From positions 10,670-74,669 of the IMG/VR virus record IMGVR_UViG_3300045016_000140: a stretch of DNA of 64,000 nucleotides. One strand, 5' to 3'. The DNA comes from a virus. Below the pieces are notes generated by a model, which saw nothing but the letters and a program-made list of their open reading frames with translations, ran no database searches and had not been told where the DNA came from. Position numbers and translations under genes: made by a program. Positions within the stretch are counted from its first letter, which is position 1. Each line of letters starts with the position of its first letter. Of the stretch, positions 49,882-58,906 are shown piece after piece.

Positions 49882-52800
49882 ATGCGGAATCAAGGGAATG
49901 AAGGTCGTCCCGCCACATTTGGTTCTGTGGCCATGGACAGCCGGAAACTCTTGTCGCTGATTAATTCCTCAGCGCAGAGTCAAGTCAAAATCTTCGAAGA
50001 GGCCGTTCAGAAGCTTGGGCAAAGCCAGAATGCCGATTGGCGTCTAGTTGCCCTACAGACGAATAAGGTCATATTCGAAGATGTTAAAACTAGTCAATAT
50101 TACACCGCCGATCATATTCGTGAGAAAGGCGGTCGCATAAATATTACGAACATTAATAGTATTACCATTACTGACACTGAGAAGGCCCCCATATTTGAAG
50201 CAGTATGCCAGCAACTGGTTAATGCCATTGAAACTGGTGACCCATCACAGATTGAGAAAGTTTATGATAAGATGGCCGCCAACCGCTTTCGTGGCCAAGC
50301 GGTTCCGGCGAGTGGATATGTTAGGACTAAGGATGGGGTAGTGCGCAAAGTCCAGATTAATGAGGGTGTGGTACACCCCAACATATCTGAGCTCGCGCTT
50401 AGGATAGTCGAACACATCGTCGATAGAGTGAATATCGCCGAAGGTAAGATTGAGGGTTCATTCAGGACTTCCGATATTAACCTGGATATTCCGGAGCTTC
50501 TGGTTCGCCGGGCCATAGCCGGAAATATGCGTAAAGTAGCCCAGAATGCATATATTAATGAGAATTTCCAGAAAATTATTAAGGGTATAGCAGGGTATAT
50601 TTCGGCTGATAAGCTTGAGAAGGCAGTGGAGTGCGCAACTGGATTATTGACTGAATCGCAAGAATTCTGCCTGCTTGATCGCGGCCAGATTGGGACATTA
50701 ATTGGGGATACCTTGGCTGCATGTGGGGTGTTTAATGAAGCGCTTGCTAATGATGTGGCTACTCTCGTATACAAGACGAATTTGAAAGTCAATCATGCTC
50801 TAATCATAGAGGCCTGGAAAAAGACTGCACAGAAGGCCGCTAATTCGATTATGCTGGAGAATGTCGCAATCCTGGAGGAGTCAAAAGATTTCGAATCTGA
50901 TTATGACGAGTTCCTCGATGCCATATTTGAGGGTGCCGAAGATAATCGCAGGCAAGCCGCTTTGAATGGATTGAAGAATTTGCAGAATGAGGTCGCTGAC
51001 GATCCAAAACTTGCCGAGGAAGTTAACCTTCTGATTCAAAAACTTGGTGGTAAGAACTCTGATAGTAACGACTTGATGGAAGCCGAGGATTTGTTATCGA
51101 AGGTTGCGGCAGATGTTAATACATCCAATACGCTGAACGAGTTTGACCAGATGCCTGGTTCTGAGGCTGCGCAAGAGCCGGTTGTTCCGGCTGCTCCATC
51201 TCCGGCGGCTCCGGCTTCGATTAGTACCGGTGCTCCGGGCGGCAGTGTGACCAATATTACTATTAACACTGCTGCTGGCGCTGGCACGGCTGCCGCTCCA
51301 GTTGCTCCAGTTGCTCCAGTTGCTCCACCCGCTCCAGCTGCCCCACCCGCTCCAGTCCTTCCACCCCCTCCTGGAGGTGAGGAGGAGCCGCTTGACCTTG
51401 ACAAATTATTGAGTGGCGAGGAAGAGTCTGAGGAAGGCGAGAAAGAGGAAGGCGAGAAAGAAGGGGAAAAGAAAGAGGAGATTCCAGAGTCTAAGGAAAA
51501 GATTGGTGAGCCGATGACCGAGGACGTCGAGAAAGCTCGAGCTTTCTTTGATGCCATCGGCATTGACAAAGATGGATCATTTACGTTTAAAGGTGAGCCA
51601 GTCGTAGCTGGATCAATCACTGAAGCCGAAGATGATGAACGGGTTGATTCGTCTGAATACCATATTCCAGAGGGATTGGAAGAGTTAGATATTAATCACG
51701 AATATGGGCCAGTTTCGGAAGCATCCGTATCGCCTCAGCAGGTTGCGAGTGCCGCCAAAAACATGAAACAGATAGCTGGCAAATTTGGACGGCGCAATAA
51801 ACCAACTTTAGCTGATGCCACATTAGCTGCTAGTGAAGAAATTGAGAAAATCGCCGGGCATGAGACACCTGAACAGAAATCTGCCAAGAAAGACGAGATT
51901 ATTTCTCAAATTGCTAAAGCCGACGCGGGCATCAAGGAAGATCAGCGGAAGACAATCTTTCATCGTAAGATGCGCGGTTTGAAGCGTTCATCGATTTTGG
52001 CGCTTTTGAAAGAGGGTAAGTTCAGCTGGCTCGGCAAATCAGGTGATGGTGTTCTTGGTGAGTTCAAGGGCGTTAGGTTTGTGTTCGATCATGCCGAGCC
52101 AGCTGTTTTACTAAGCGAAGACGGCAGCATTGAGCTAGATATCCCTGCCGAATTAGTTGATGGCGCAAAATATTTCTCTGAAATCTCGGATGATGAAGCC
52201 GAAGCTGACGGATTTATTGAATGGCTAGATAAGAATGTTACGCAATTAGCTCCGATATCCAATGATGAGGCAAAAGCAATCGATGAAGCTGTTGCTGAGT
52301 TGACGGTGAATCCTGGTGACGAGGTGCGGATCAAAGTTGGGTCAGGTGATGAAACAGCTAGCGTGAAGCCAGTGGTTGAACCTGTAGCTGGGACAGGGTT
52401 GGATGCATCACCAAAGCCACCGCCTCCGCCCGCCACCCCAGCTGAGCAAGAGCCAGCGATAGTTGATGCCAGCCCGCTGCCTGATGATGAAGTTAGTGCG
52501 GCCGATATGCCAGCATCTGAACCTGGTGAGATAGATCGAGATATCCCGCCTTGGGAGGGTAGTGAGGCTGCCGAGGCCGAGGAGACCGAGGAGGCCGGAG
52601 AGGAAGCGGCTGAGGAAGAGGAAGCTGCCGAGGCCGAGGAGGAAGAGGCCGAGGAGGGAGAAGCCGAGGAGGAAGCTGCTGAGGCCGAGGAGGAGGAGGC
52701 TGCCGAGGCTGAGGAGGAAGCTGCCGAGGCTGAGGAGGAGGCTACCGAGAAAGAGGTAGAGGAATCCAAGGCTGAAGAAATCAAACCGATTATTGAAAAA

Positions 52801-53115
52801 GAAGAGAAATGCGTGGATATTTGCAAGATCTGCGATTGTGACCCATGCAAATGTTGCAAGAAATGCGAATGCCATCCATGCAAATGCTGTGGGAAATGCA
52901 AATGTTATCCGTGTGAATGTCCGCAAGAGGGCAAACTTCCGGCAGCTTTAAAGAAGTACCAATTCAAGAAGGGCAAGGTTGGGAGCGCAGCTGAGAAACC
53001 AGCTGAGAAACCAGCTGAGAAACCAGCTGAGAAACCAACTGAGAAACCAGCTGAGAAACCAGCCAAGAAACCAGCTGGGAAACCAGCCAAGAAACCAGCT
53101 GAGAAACCAGCCTAG
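49882..53115 (+). CDS. large acidic head-associated protein (prohead core-like) with Pro/Ala, Glu/Ala, Cys-rich and PAEK repeat segments
   Basis: Between portal and protease; CAAATATA motif and AGGAG SD; many I/L-x-E sites. Confidence 0.6.
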   Translation: MRNQGNEGRPATFGSVAMDSRKLLSLINSSAQSQVKIFEEAVQKLGQSQNADWRLVALQTNKVIFEDVKTSQYYTADHIREKGGRINITNINSITITDTEKAPIFEAVCQQLVNAIETGDPSQIEKVYDKMAANRFRGQAVPASGYVRTKDGVVRKVQINEGVVHPNISELALRIVEHIVDRVNIAEGKIEGSFRTSDINLDIPELLVRRAIAGNMRKVAQNAYINENFQKIIKGIAGYISADKLEKAVECATGLLTESQEFCLLDRGQIGTLIGDTLAACGVFNEALANDVATLVYKTNLKVNHALIIEAWKKTAQKAANSIMLENVAILEESKDFESDYDEFLDAIFEGAEDNRRQAALNGLKNLQNEVADDPKLAEEVNLLIQKLGGKNSDSNDLMEAEDLLSKVAADVNTSNTLNEFDQMPGSEAAQEPVVPAAPSPAAPASISTGAPGGSVTNITINTAAGAGTAAAPVAPVAPVAPPAPAAPPAPVLPPPPGGEEEPLDLDKLLSGEEESEEGEKEEGEKEGEKKEEIPESKEKIGEPMTEDVEKARAFFDAIGIDKDGSFTFKGEPVVAGSITEAEDDERVDSSEYHIPEGLEELDINHEYGPVSEASVSPQQVASAAKNMKQIAGKFGRRNKPTLADATLAASEEIEKIAGHETPEQKSAKKDEIISQIAKADAGIKEDQRKTIFHRKMRGLKRSSILALLKEGKFSWLGKSGDGVLGEFKGVRFVFDHAEPAVLLSEDGSIELDIPAELVDGAKYFSEISDDEAEADGFIEWLDKNVTQLAPISNDEAKAIDEAVAELTVNPGDEVRIKVGSGDETASVKPVVEPVAGTGLDASPKPPPPPATPAEQEPAIVDASPLPDDEVSAADMPASEPGEIDRDIPPWEGSEAAEAEETEEAGEEAAEEEEAAEAEEEEAEEGEAEEEAAEAEEEEAAEAEEEAAEAEEEATEKEVEESKAEEIKPIIEKEEKCVDICKICDCDPCKCCKKCECHPCKCCGKCKCYPCECPQEGKLPAALKKYQFKKGKVGSAAEKPAEKPAEKPAEKPTEKPAEKPAKKPAGKPAKKPAEKPA

Positions 53116-53199
53116 AAGACAGCTAAGATTAAAAATCCAGCAACTTATGGCTTCCAGTGATACGCCTGTATTGTGTCGGTATATTGATCCTGGAGATTT

Positions 53200-54258
53200 T
53201 TGATCGTGGAAGCCAGTGACACTGACAAAATCATGACTTCTTCGCTCTTCGACAATATCGCTCGCGACATGAAAATTGTGCGCATTGGCGCAACCGACGC
53301 ATGCGCCCGCACTGACGCATGGCAAGACTTGCGCCGGATGATTCTGGAATGCGAGCCGATGTACCCTCGCATTAGTCGTTGGATCGATGAGCGAGTGCAA
53401 CCAAGCCTAATGGCAAAGATTAGATCGGCATTTATCGCCTATTACCAAGGGCGGCCAGTTGTGAGTTGTGTGGTCAAGCCGGGGAGGAATGCTAAATTCT
53501 GTCACTTGCGAATTGCCACGGAATTTCAGGACGCCAATATTGGTGACCTGTTCTTCGCATTGATGACACTGGAGGTTCGGCGCGCTCGATCGATTCATTT
53601 TACGCTACCCTTGAGCCTTTGGTCGGAGAAGAAACCGTTTTTCTCTTCATTCGCGTTCTCTCAGGCCGAACGGAGCCACCGGCAATATCGGTCATCCGAT
53701 GACGAACTCCACTGCTCAGCATTCACTGGTGAAGTTTGGGCATCAGCCTTGTCTAAAATCATTAAGTTGCGTGCGGGCAATGCGGGTAGCGATATGGTGA
53801 TGAGCGTCAAACCGCGATTCGCCTCAGCCATTCTGTCCGGGCATAAGAAAGTCGAAGTGCGCAAGGGGATGTCCGATCGATGGATTGGGAAACGTGTGAC
53901 CCTCTATTCCACTGCCCCTGACAGTAGCATGGTGGGCGAGGCCATGATTGCGGACGTGATCCGTCTGCCATGTGATGATGCTTGGCATCGTTTCGGCTCG
54001 GATATGGGTTGTACGAGGGCCGAATATGATGATTATACCCGGGGATGTGATCGTGTCTCGGTAGTTGTCTTGGAGAGGGTGCATCCTTACATGCCGTTTT
54101 CGTTGCAGACAATGCGGGAACTGGTGGATCGTTCTGTGCGGCCACCTCAGAGTTTTGCCGGAGTAAGCGGTGACTCCCCCTGGGCACGCGCGGTGACTGT
54201 GGCTAGCCTTATGCGTGGCGACCCTCAGGCACTGATTCCCCTGGGGGATTTTGAATAA
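53200..54258 (+). CDS. GNAT-like acetyltransferase + ASCH domain fusion
   Basis: AKFCHLRIATEFQDANIGDLFF (GNAT motif A-like); MSVKPRFASAILSGHKKVEVRK, LYST.P, G.A.I, PPQSF (ASCH). Confidence 0.7.
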   Translation: MIVEASDTDKIMTSSLFDNIARDMKIVRIGATDACARTDAWQDLRRMILECEPMYPRISRWIDERVQPSLMAKIRSAFIAYYQGRPVVSCVVKPGRNAKFCHLRIATEFQDANIGDLFFALMTLEVRRARSIHFTLPLSLWSEKKPFFSSFAFSQAERSHRQYRSSDDELHCSAFTGEVWASALSKIIKLRAGNAGSDMVMSVKPRFASAILSGHKKVEVRKGMSDRWIGKRVTLYSTAPDSSMVGEAMIADVIRLPCDDAWHRFGSDMGCTRAEYDDYTRGCDRVSVVVLERVHPYMPFSLQTMRELVDRSVRPPQSFAGVSGDSPWARAVTVASLMRGDPQALIPLGDFE

Positions 54259-54528
54259 GGAAATCATAATGATTCTTAGGGCAGACGAATCGGTGACTAG
54301 ATCACCAACGGTTGTCTTTCTGGAGCCTGTGTATTGGATTAAGCGGCCTGTAGGTACGGTTGCAGATACGACTGGAGATTTGGACGCGATTAACGCGCGA
54401 TTCGACGGGAATGAATTCTTGCGTCTGGCCGAGTTGAATACCTTGAGATTGATGGGTAAGCCGCGTCTGTGATGCGGGGATTAAGTTGAAACTCAGCCAC
54501 AATCCGCTGGCAAAAATAAATCAGGAGT

Positions 54529-55179
54529 ATGTCAATGTCAGCACTAACGGTCGCGACCAATGTAATCAGAACCATTACACCATTGACTCTGCTTGAGAGT
54601 GCCACAATTGATGCCCAAAATGGCAAGAAAGTATTGAGAATCACTGGTATATTTCAAAAGGCGGATGAGAGGAATCAGAACGGGCGTGTGTACCCGCTTA
54701 GCGTCATGCAGGAAGCCGTTGACATTATACAGCCGGATATTAAGAAGCGGGCCGTGGTAGGTGAGTTTGACCATCCGTCTGACGCTAAATTGCACCTTGA
54801 TAGAATTAGTCATGTCATAACAAAATTGTGGATGGAAGGTAAGAATGTATATGGTGTGGCTGAAATTCTTGAAGATATGCCATGTGGAAAGATGCTTGCC
54901 ACATTGTTTAGGAACAATATACAAGTTGGCATATCATCTCGTGGCGTTGGCGAGATGGAGGAGGTTAATGAGGGGCAAGAGAGGGTTCAGAGGATATTAA
55001 GTGGGTATAGGATTGTGTCGTTTGATGCGGTGGCCGAGCCGAGCATTGCTTCTGCGGTTTTGCAATTGATGGAGGGCAAGAATATATTGTCGAATAAATC
55101 ACTCATTGTTACACGCAAGAATCGTTCGTCAGAGGCTGCTCTCGTCAGCGAGATTCGTAAATGGCTCAGATTTAGTTAA
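54529..55179 (+). CDS. prohead core protease (T4 gp21-like)
   Basis: GIFQKAD..NQNGRVYP, GEFDHP, GISSRG.G, FDAVAEPS. Confidence 0.93.
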   Translation: MSMSALTVATNVIRTITPLTLLESATIDAQNGKKVLRITGIFQKADERNQNGRVYPLSVMQEAVDIIQPDIKKRAVVGEFDHPSDAKLHLDRISHVITKLWMEGKNVYGVAEILEDMPCGKMLATLFRNNIQVGISSRGVGEMEEVNEGQERVQRILSGYRIVSFDAVAEPSIASAVLQLMEGKNILSNKSLIVTRKNRSSEAALVSEIRKWLRFS

Positions 55180-55358
55180 TTCTTGCATTTCCTCTTGCAT
55201 TTTCAATATTGATTGTGTATTTTGCTTGTTTAATTGCGGATCATCATAATCATAATCATAGTAGTTACACGTCATGTGATCTGCGCGCTTCAATGCCAAT
55301 ATATCAAATTTGTATATATCATGCGCTCTGCGCTTGCGCAATGTCTTTATATGCCTTC

Positions 55359-55709
55359 TTAGCCCATGATCTCTAGCCATAGTACGTCTCTGTCTGTTGT
55401 TGTGAGTTGGATCATGTGTCTGAAATAATATCGGTGCTCTGGGAGGCTGCTTAGCCTTAATGGTTTAATGCCTGGCCATATATTCGTGAATACGTGGCAA
55501 TATTTGTTGTGTGTGAACACTATTCCTATGCGTTCGTATCCAGTATTGAAACGTACGACCGCAAAAATGGACGCTTCTAATCCTTCGCGATTATCATAGA
55601 TGTCATATATCTTGCCTTTTGAATCATATGATATTGGCTGGATGTGCTCTATAAAATCGATATGCCACTTGCTGCTGTTGCGGAATGGTTGCCAGTTGAT
55701 TTGTCTCAT
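55359..55709 (-). CDS. hypothetical protein
   Basis: ATG-initiated ORF filling the gap between head genes. Confidence 0.45.
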   Translation of the reverse strand: MRQINWQPFRNSSKWHIDFIEHIQPISYDSKGKIYDIYDNREGLEASIFAVVRFNTGYERIGIVFTHNKYCHVFTNIWPGIKPLRLSSLPEHRYYFRHMIQLTTTDRDVLWLEIMG

Positions 55710-55748
55710 GATTAGTTTTTCATGGCAAATATATCTTGGAGGTATACC

Positions 55749-55961
55749 ATGACTTTTGCCGATCGTCTTATAGTCAGATTAAGCAAACTGTTAATTGAAG
55801 CTCCTGAGACTTCGCCTTCCGCTCCACCAGCTCCGGTCGCTCCACCCGCTGCCCCACCAACGAAAGCACCGGCGAAGCCGAAACCAAAGAAGAAAATGCC
55901 GCTTGATCCCAGTCCTTGGAGAGTTCCGCGTCCGGCCATTGATCCACAGCCGCAAAATTGA
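55749..55961 (+). CDS. small Pro/Ala/Lys-rich late protein
   Basis: CAAATATA motif, GGAGG SD, N-term ending LLIE. Confidence 0.55.
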   Translation: MTFADRLIVRLSKLLIEAPETSPSAPPAPVAPPAAPPTKAPAKPKPKKKMPLDPSPWRVPRPAIDPQPQN

Positions 55962-55964
55962 GGT

Positions 55965-57236
55965 GTGCTAATGCTTGAAAGTTTTGAAAATAGGGTCGTG
56001 GCTATATTGGAAGCCAAGCTTGAGGGTGATGACATTGCTTCTGGCAATAAGAGGTTTTGGAATGATTTACCTAAATTGCAACATATGTTTAGTAAGCATC
56101 CTATATTAGCTACATATGGATCTTCATTGGCGGCCGGGGCGTATAAGTATACTAATGAGCAATTGCGCAAACATAACGCCAGTGTTCGTGAAGCAATGAG
56201 TATATTTTATGCCATTGCACAGATTGAGAAGGATCATCATGCTGCATTGGAGAAGCTTGCAGCGCAATTGGCTTATCAAGTTCTTGGTTTTCCAATAGAA
56301 AATATTGATGCTAAGATTGTCTTAGATCAGGATGAGATTGAAGCTAATGAAGCTGGCGAGCTTGAGGTGCCTAAATTCTCCGAAGCTGATGAGGAATTGC
56401 GTAAGCATGTGAATAAGAGGATTACAATGCATGCTATGACGCAGGGTTCTGCAGTTCATGCATATATGTCAATATATGGTATGGTCAAGGACGAGTTAAA
56501 AGCAATTGATGGGCGGCTTGAACAATTATACTATAAGCTGGCTGTTGGATCTGTTCATCAATATTGGGTGATTGATTTGGAGCAATATCTTCAAAGTCTA
56601 CTTGGTGCGAGGGTTGGTTCATCCAGGCTTATTTTCCCAGAGGATGGAGAGGCAGGATTAGAAAAGCCGGAAGAACCAGAAAAGCCAGAGCCAGAAGAAT
56701 CAGAAGAGCCAGAGCCAGAAAAGCCAGAGAAGCCAGAGTCTAGAGATGTAATAGTAAAGGCTAGAGCTGTATGCTTCCCAATATTAGTCCAAGAGGTATT
56801 TAAAGGTGTAATGCAGGCTGCAACAGCTCACGGTTTACAGCAATATGATTCCAAAACTCTTAAAGTTATTTATGCTAACGCCGATAAAGTTGAGCATGAG
56901 CCATTTTTGATACAAGTTGGGCATGAATTATGGCGAAAATTTACTGCAATGGTTAAATCGGATAAGCATATGCCGCCGCTGCACCAGGTGATTATTGCTA
57001 TGTCTAAAATGGAGCCAGATGAAGTGCATGACATTGTAATGAAGTGCCTCGACGATCAACCAGATAAAGCAGTTGAACGATTGCGCGAATTAGTGGATTT
57101 TGGAGATGAGCCTGAAGAGTATAAGGATTCTGAAGGATATGAGGAGCCTGAGGAATATGAGGATTCTGAGGGCAGGCTCGAGTCTGATGAGCCAGATCAT
57201 GACGAGCCGGATGAGTCAGACTTACCGGAAGACTAA
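55965..57236 (+). CDS. hypothetical head-region protein with acidic repeats
   Basis: 423-aa ORF with EPEKP and EPEEY repeats. Confidence 0.6.
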   Translation: MLMLESFENRVVAILEAKLEGDDIASGNKRFWNDLPKLQHMFSKHPILATYGSSLAAGAYKYTNEQLRKHNASVREAMSIFYAIAQIEKDHHAALEKLAAQLAYQVLGFPIENIDAKIVLDQDEIEANEAGELEVPKFSEADEELRKHVNKRITMHAMTQGSAVHAYMSIYGMVKDELKAIDGRLEQLYYKLAVGSVHQYWVIDLEQYLQSLLGARVGSSRLIFPEDGEAGLEKPEEPEKPEPEESEEPEPEKPEKPESRDVIVKARAVCFPILVQEVFKGVMQAATAHGLQQYDSKTLKVIYANADKVEHEPFLIQVGHELWRKFTAMVKSDKHMPPLHQVIIAMSKMEPDEVHDIVMKCLDDQPDKAVERLRELVDFGDEPEEYKDSEGYEEPEEYEDSEGRLESDEPDHDEPDESDLPED

Positions 57237-57562
57237 TGTTTCAAAGTCCAGATCAAATTGCCGACAGCATCGGTCTGAATAAAAGATTAATTAATACTAT
57301 ATGGGATTCAATAAAAATATTCATCGTAGATGGCGCATATGTCAGAGATAATTATGATGCTGATTTTCTATTAGGTGGCCATTATGTAGTATATAAATTT
57401 ATACCGGAGAATGAAATTTGGATAGAAGCAGCCGATGATATGGAGGAAAATCTTGCTCATGAATTATTTGAATTATTATTGATGAAGTATTGTAAAATTG
57501 GATATAATGAAGCTCATTTAAAAGCATTATCGATTGAGAAGGTTCTCAGGCAAGTAAAATGA
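57236..57562 (+). CDS. hypothetical protein (LAHELFE, possible metal-binding motif)
   Basis: TAATG overlap with the upstream gene. Confidence 0.55.
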   Translation: MFQSPDQIADSIGLNKRLINTIWDSIKIFIVDGAYVRDNYDADFLLGGHYVVYKFIPENEIWIEAADDMEENLAHELFELLLMKYCKIGYNEAHLKALSIEKVLRQVK

Positions 57563-57849
57563 CCAAGATTTCTAAATATGCCGCTAGAACATCCATTATA
57601 TGCAGTAAATGCCATAAGACTCATGACGTCACTGTTGGAGCTATATATAAGCAGCGCATGCGCGGAAATGCAAATTATATATGTAAATCATGTTCAGGCA
57701 TAGCCGGATGGGATGATGAAGCGAAAGCTGCCGCGTCCGCACGGACTAGCAAGAAATGGCGTGACCCAAAATATGCTGGAACTATATCTGGCAAGGCAAT
57801 AGCCAGGCAGATTAAGAAAATAACTGGCGATTTAAAATTACCGCAATAA
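57559..57849 (+). CDS. small Zn-ribbon + W-x-DP repeat protein related to the N-terminus of the 8694 fusion
   Basis: CSKC...YICKSC...KKWRDPKY versus CVKC...YICHKC...KKPWSDPIY. Confidence 0.6.
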   Translation: MTKISKYAARTSIICSKCHKTHDVTVGAIYKQRMRGNANYICKSCSGIAGWDDEAKAAASARTSKKWRDPKYAGTISGKAIARQIKKITGDLKLPQ

Positions 57850-57902
57850 TTCCTGTCAAATATAATTTAGCGTGGACAACATTCATCCATAGGAGAGCCG
57901 AC

Positions 57903-58139
57903 ATGGTAAAACTCAGTGGGATAACAACCCTAGGTGCTGGCTTCAAAGGCTTAAAGCCAGTTAATAAGAAATGTGGCTTAGGGAAGCATGCGGGTGGTTC
58001 GGCTAATAGGCCCGCGAAAGCTGGAAACGCAAAAGCGGTTAAATTCCCGACTGCCAAATCAGCATTTAAGACCATAGGTGGACGTGGCCTAGCAAAAGGC
58101 CGAGTAATGGTGGCTAGTAGAGTTGGCATGGGACGGTAA
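57903..58139 (+). CDS. small highly basic (K/R/G/A) protein
   Basis: AGGAG SD, CAAATATA motif upstream, no acidic residues in 78 aa. Confidence 0.6.
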   Translation: MVKLSGITTLGAGFKGLKPVNKKCGLGKHAGGSANRPAKAGNAKAVKFPTAKSAFKTIGGRGLAKGRVMVASRVGMGR

Positions 58140-58206
58140 ACGGAGTAATCTCCTAATCCCATACTAACCGTGTACATCTGAACTCAAAAATACTTAGGAG
58201 CAGACA

Positions 58207-58893
58207 ATGGACAAAATCAAAACGTTGCTCGAGCAAGCAGGCCACTCCAAGGAGCTGGTCGAAAAGATCTTAGCGGCCTTCGTTGAGAAGGAAGCTGAAA
58301 TCCGCAAGAATGTCATCGACGAATTCAAAGCCCGCAATGAACAGGCCAAGAAAATATGCATTGAGGAAGTTGAATCATACAAGAAAGAACTTGCTCGCAA
58401 GGTGAGAATCTGGTGCGAATCACGCGCCCAGAAAGTTGAACAGCAAATAGCGAAACAAGTGGCCATTAGAGAGTCGGCTGCTGAAACCAAGCTGGCCAAA
58501 ATCACAGCCCTCCTAGAGGGCATCCAGCCAAATGGTGACAGCCAAGCAGACCTCCAGGCCTTGAAGATGCAACTTGACAACCTCAAGTTGCAGGTCAAGA
58601 CGCTCACCGAGCAGCGTCAACAGGCAGTCGAGAAAGCCAACAAGGCTAACGAGATTGCCGAGAAAGCCCTCAAGAAGAATAGAGCATTGGAATCCATGGT
58701 TGCTGATTCCAAGCCTATCCCTGAGGCAAAAGAGGACGAGAAAGCTGAGAAAGACGAGAAAGACGAAAAGCCAGCTGAGTCAGCAACCACTCGGATGGTG
58801 TCTGAAAACACCATCAAAAAGCCAGCTGCACCCAAGCCCCAGGTCGGTCCTGGCGGCAACTTCAGCATCGAAGCCATCGCAGACGCGATGTAA
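58207..58893 (+). CDS. prohead scaffolding protein (gp22-like)
   Basis: Coiled coil directly upstream of the MCP; AGGAG SD; CAAAAATA motif. Confidence 0.7.
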   Translation: MDKIKTLLEQAGHSKELVEKILAAFVEKEAEIRKNVIDEFKARNEQAKKICIEEVESYKKELARKVRIWCESRAQKVEQQIAKQVAIRESAAETKLAKITALLEGIQPNGDSQADLQALKMQLDNLKLQVKTLTEQRQQAVEKANKANEIAEKALKKNRALESMVADSKPIPEAKEDEKAEKDEKDEKPAESATTRMVSENTIKKPAAPKPQVGPGGNFSIEAIADAM

Positions 58894-58906
58894 TTGAGAG
58901 AAAACA

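Noticed and set aside
50262-53203. Long minus-strand and alternate-frame ORFs inside the 1077-aa gene, and plus-strand ORFs inside terL
   Set aside because: Shadows of low-complexity or biased coding sequence with no recognisable motifs.
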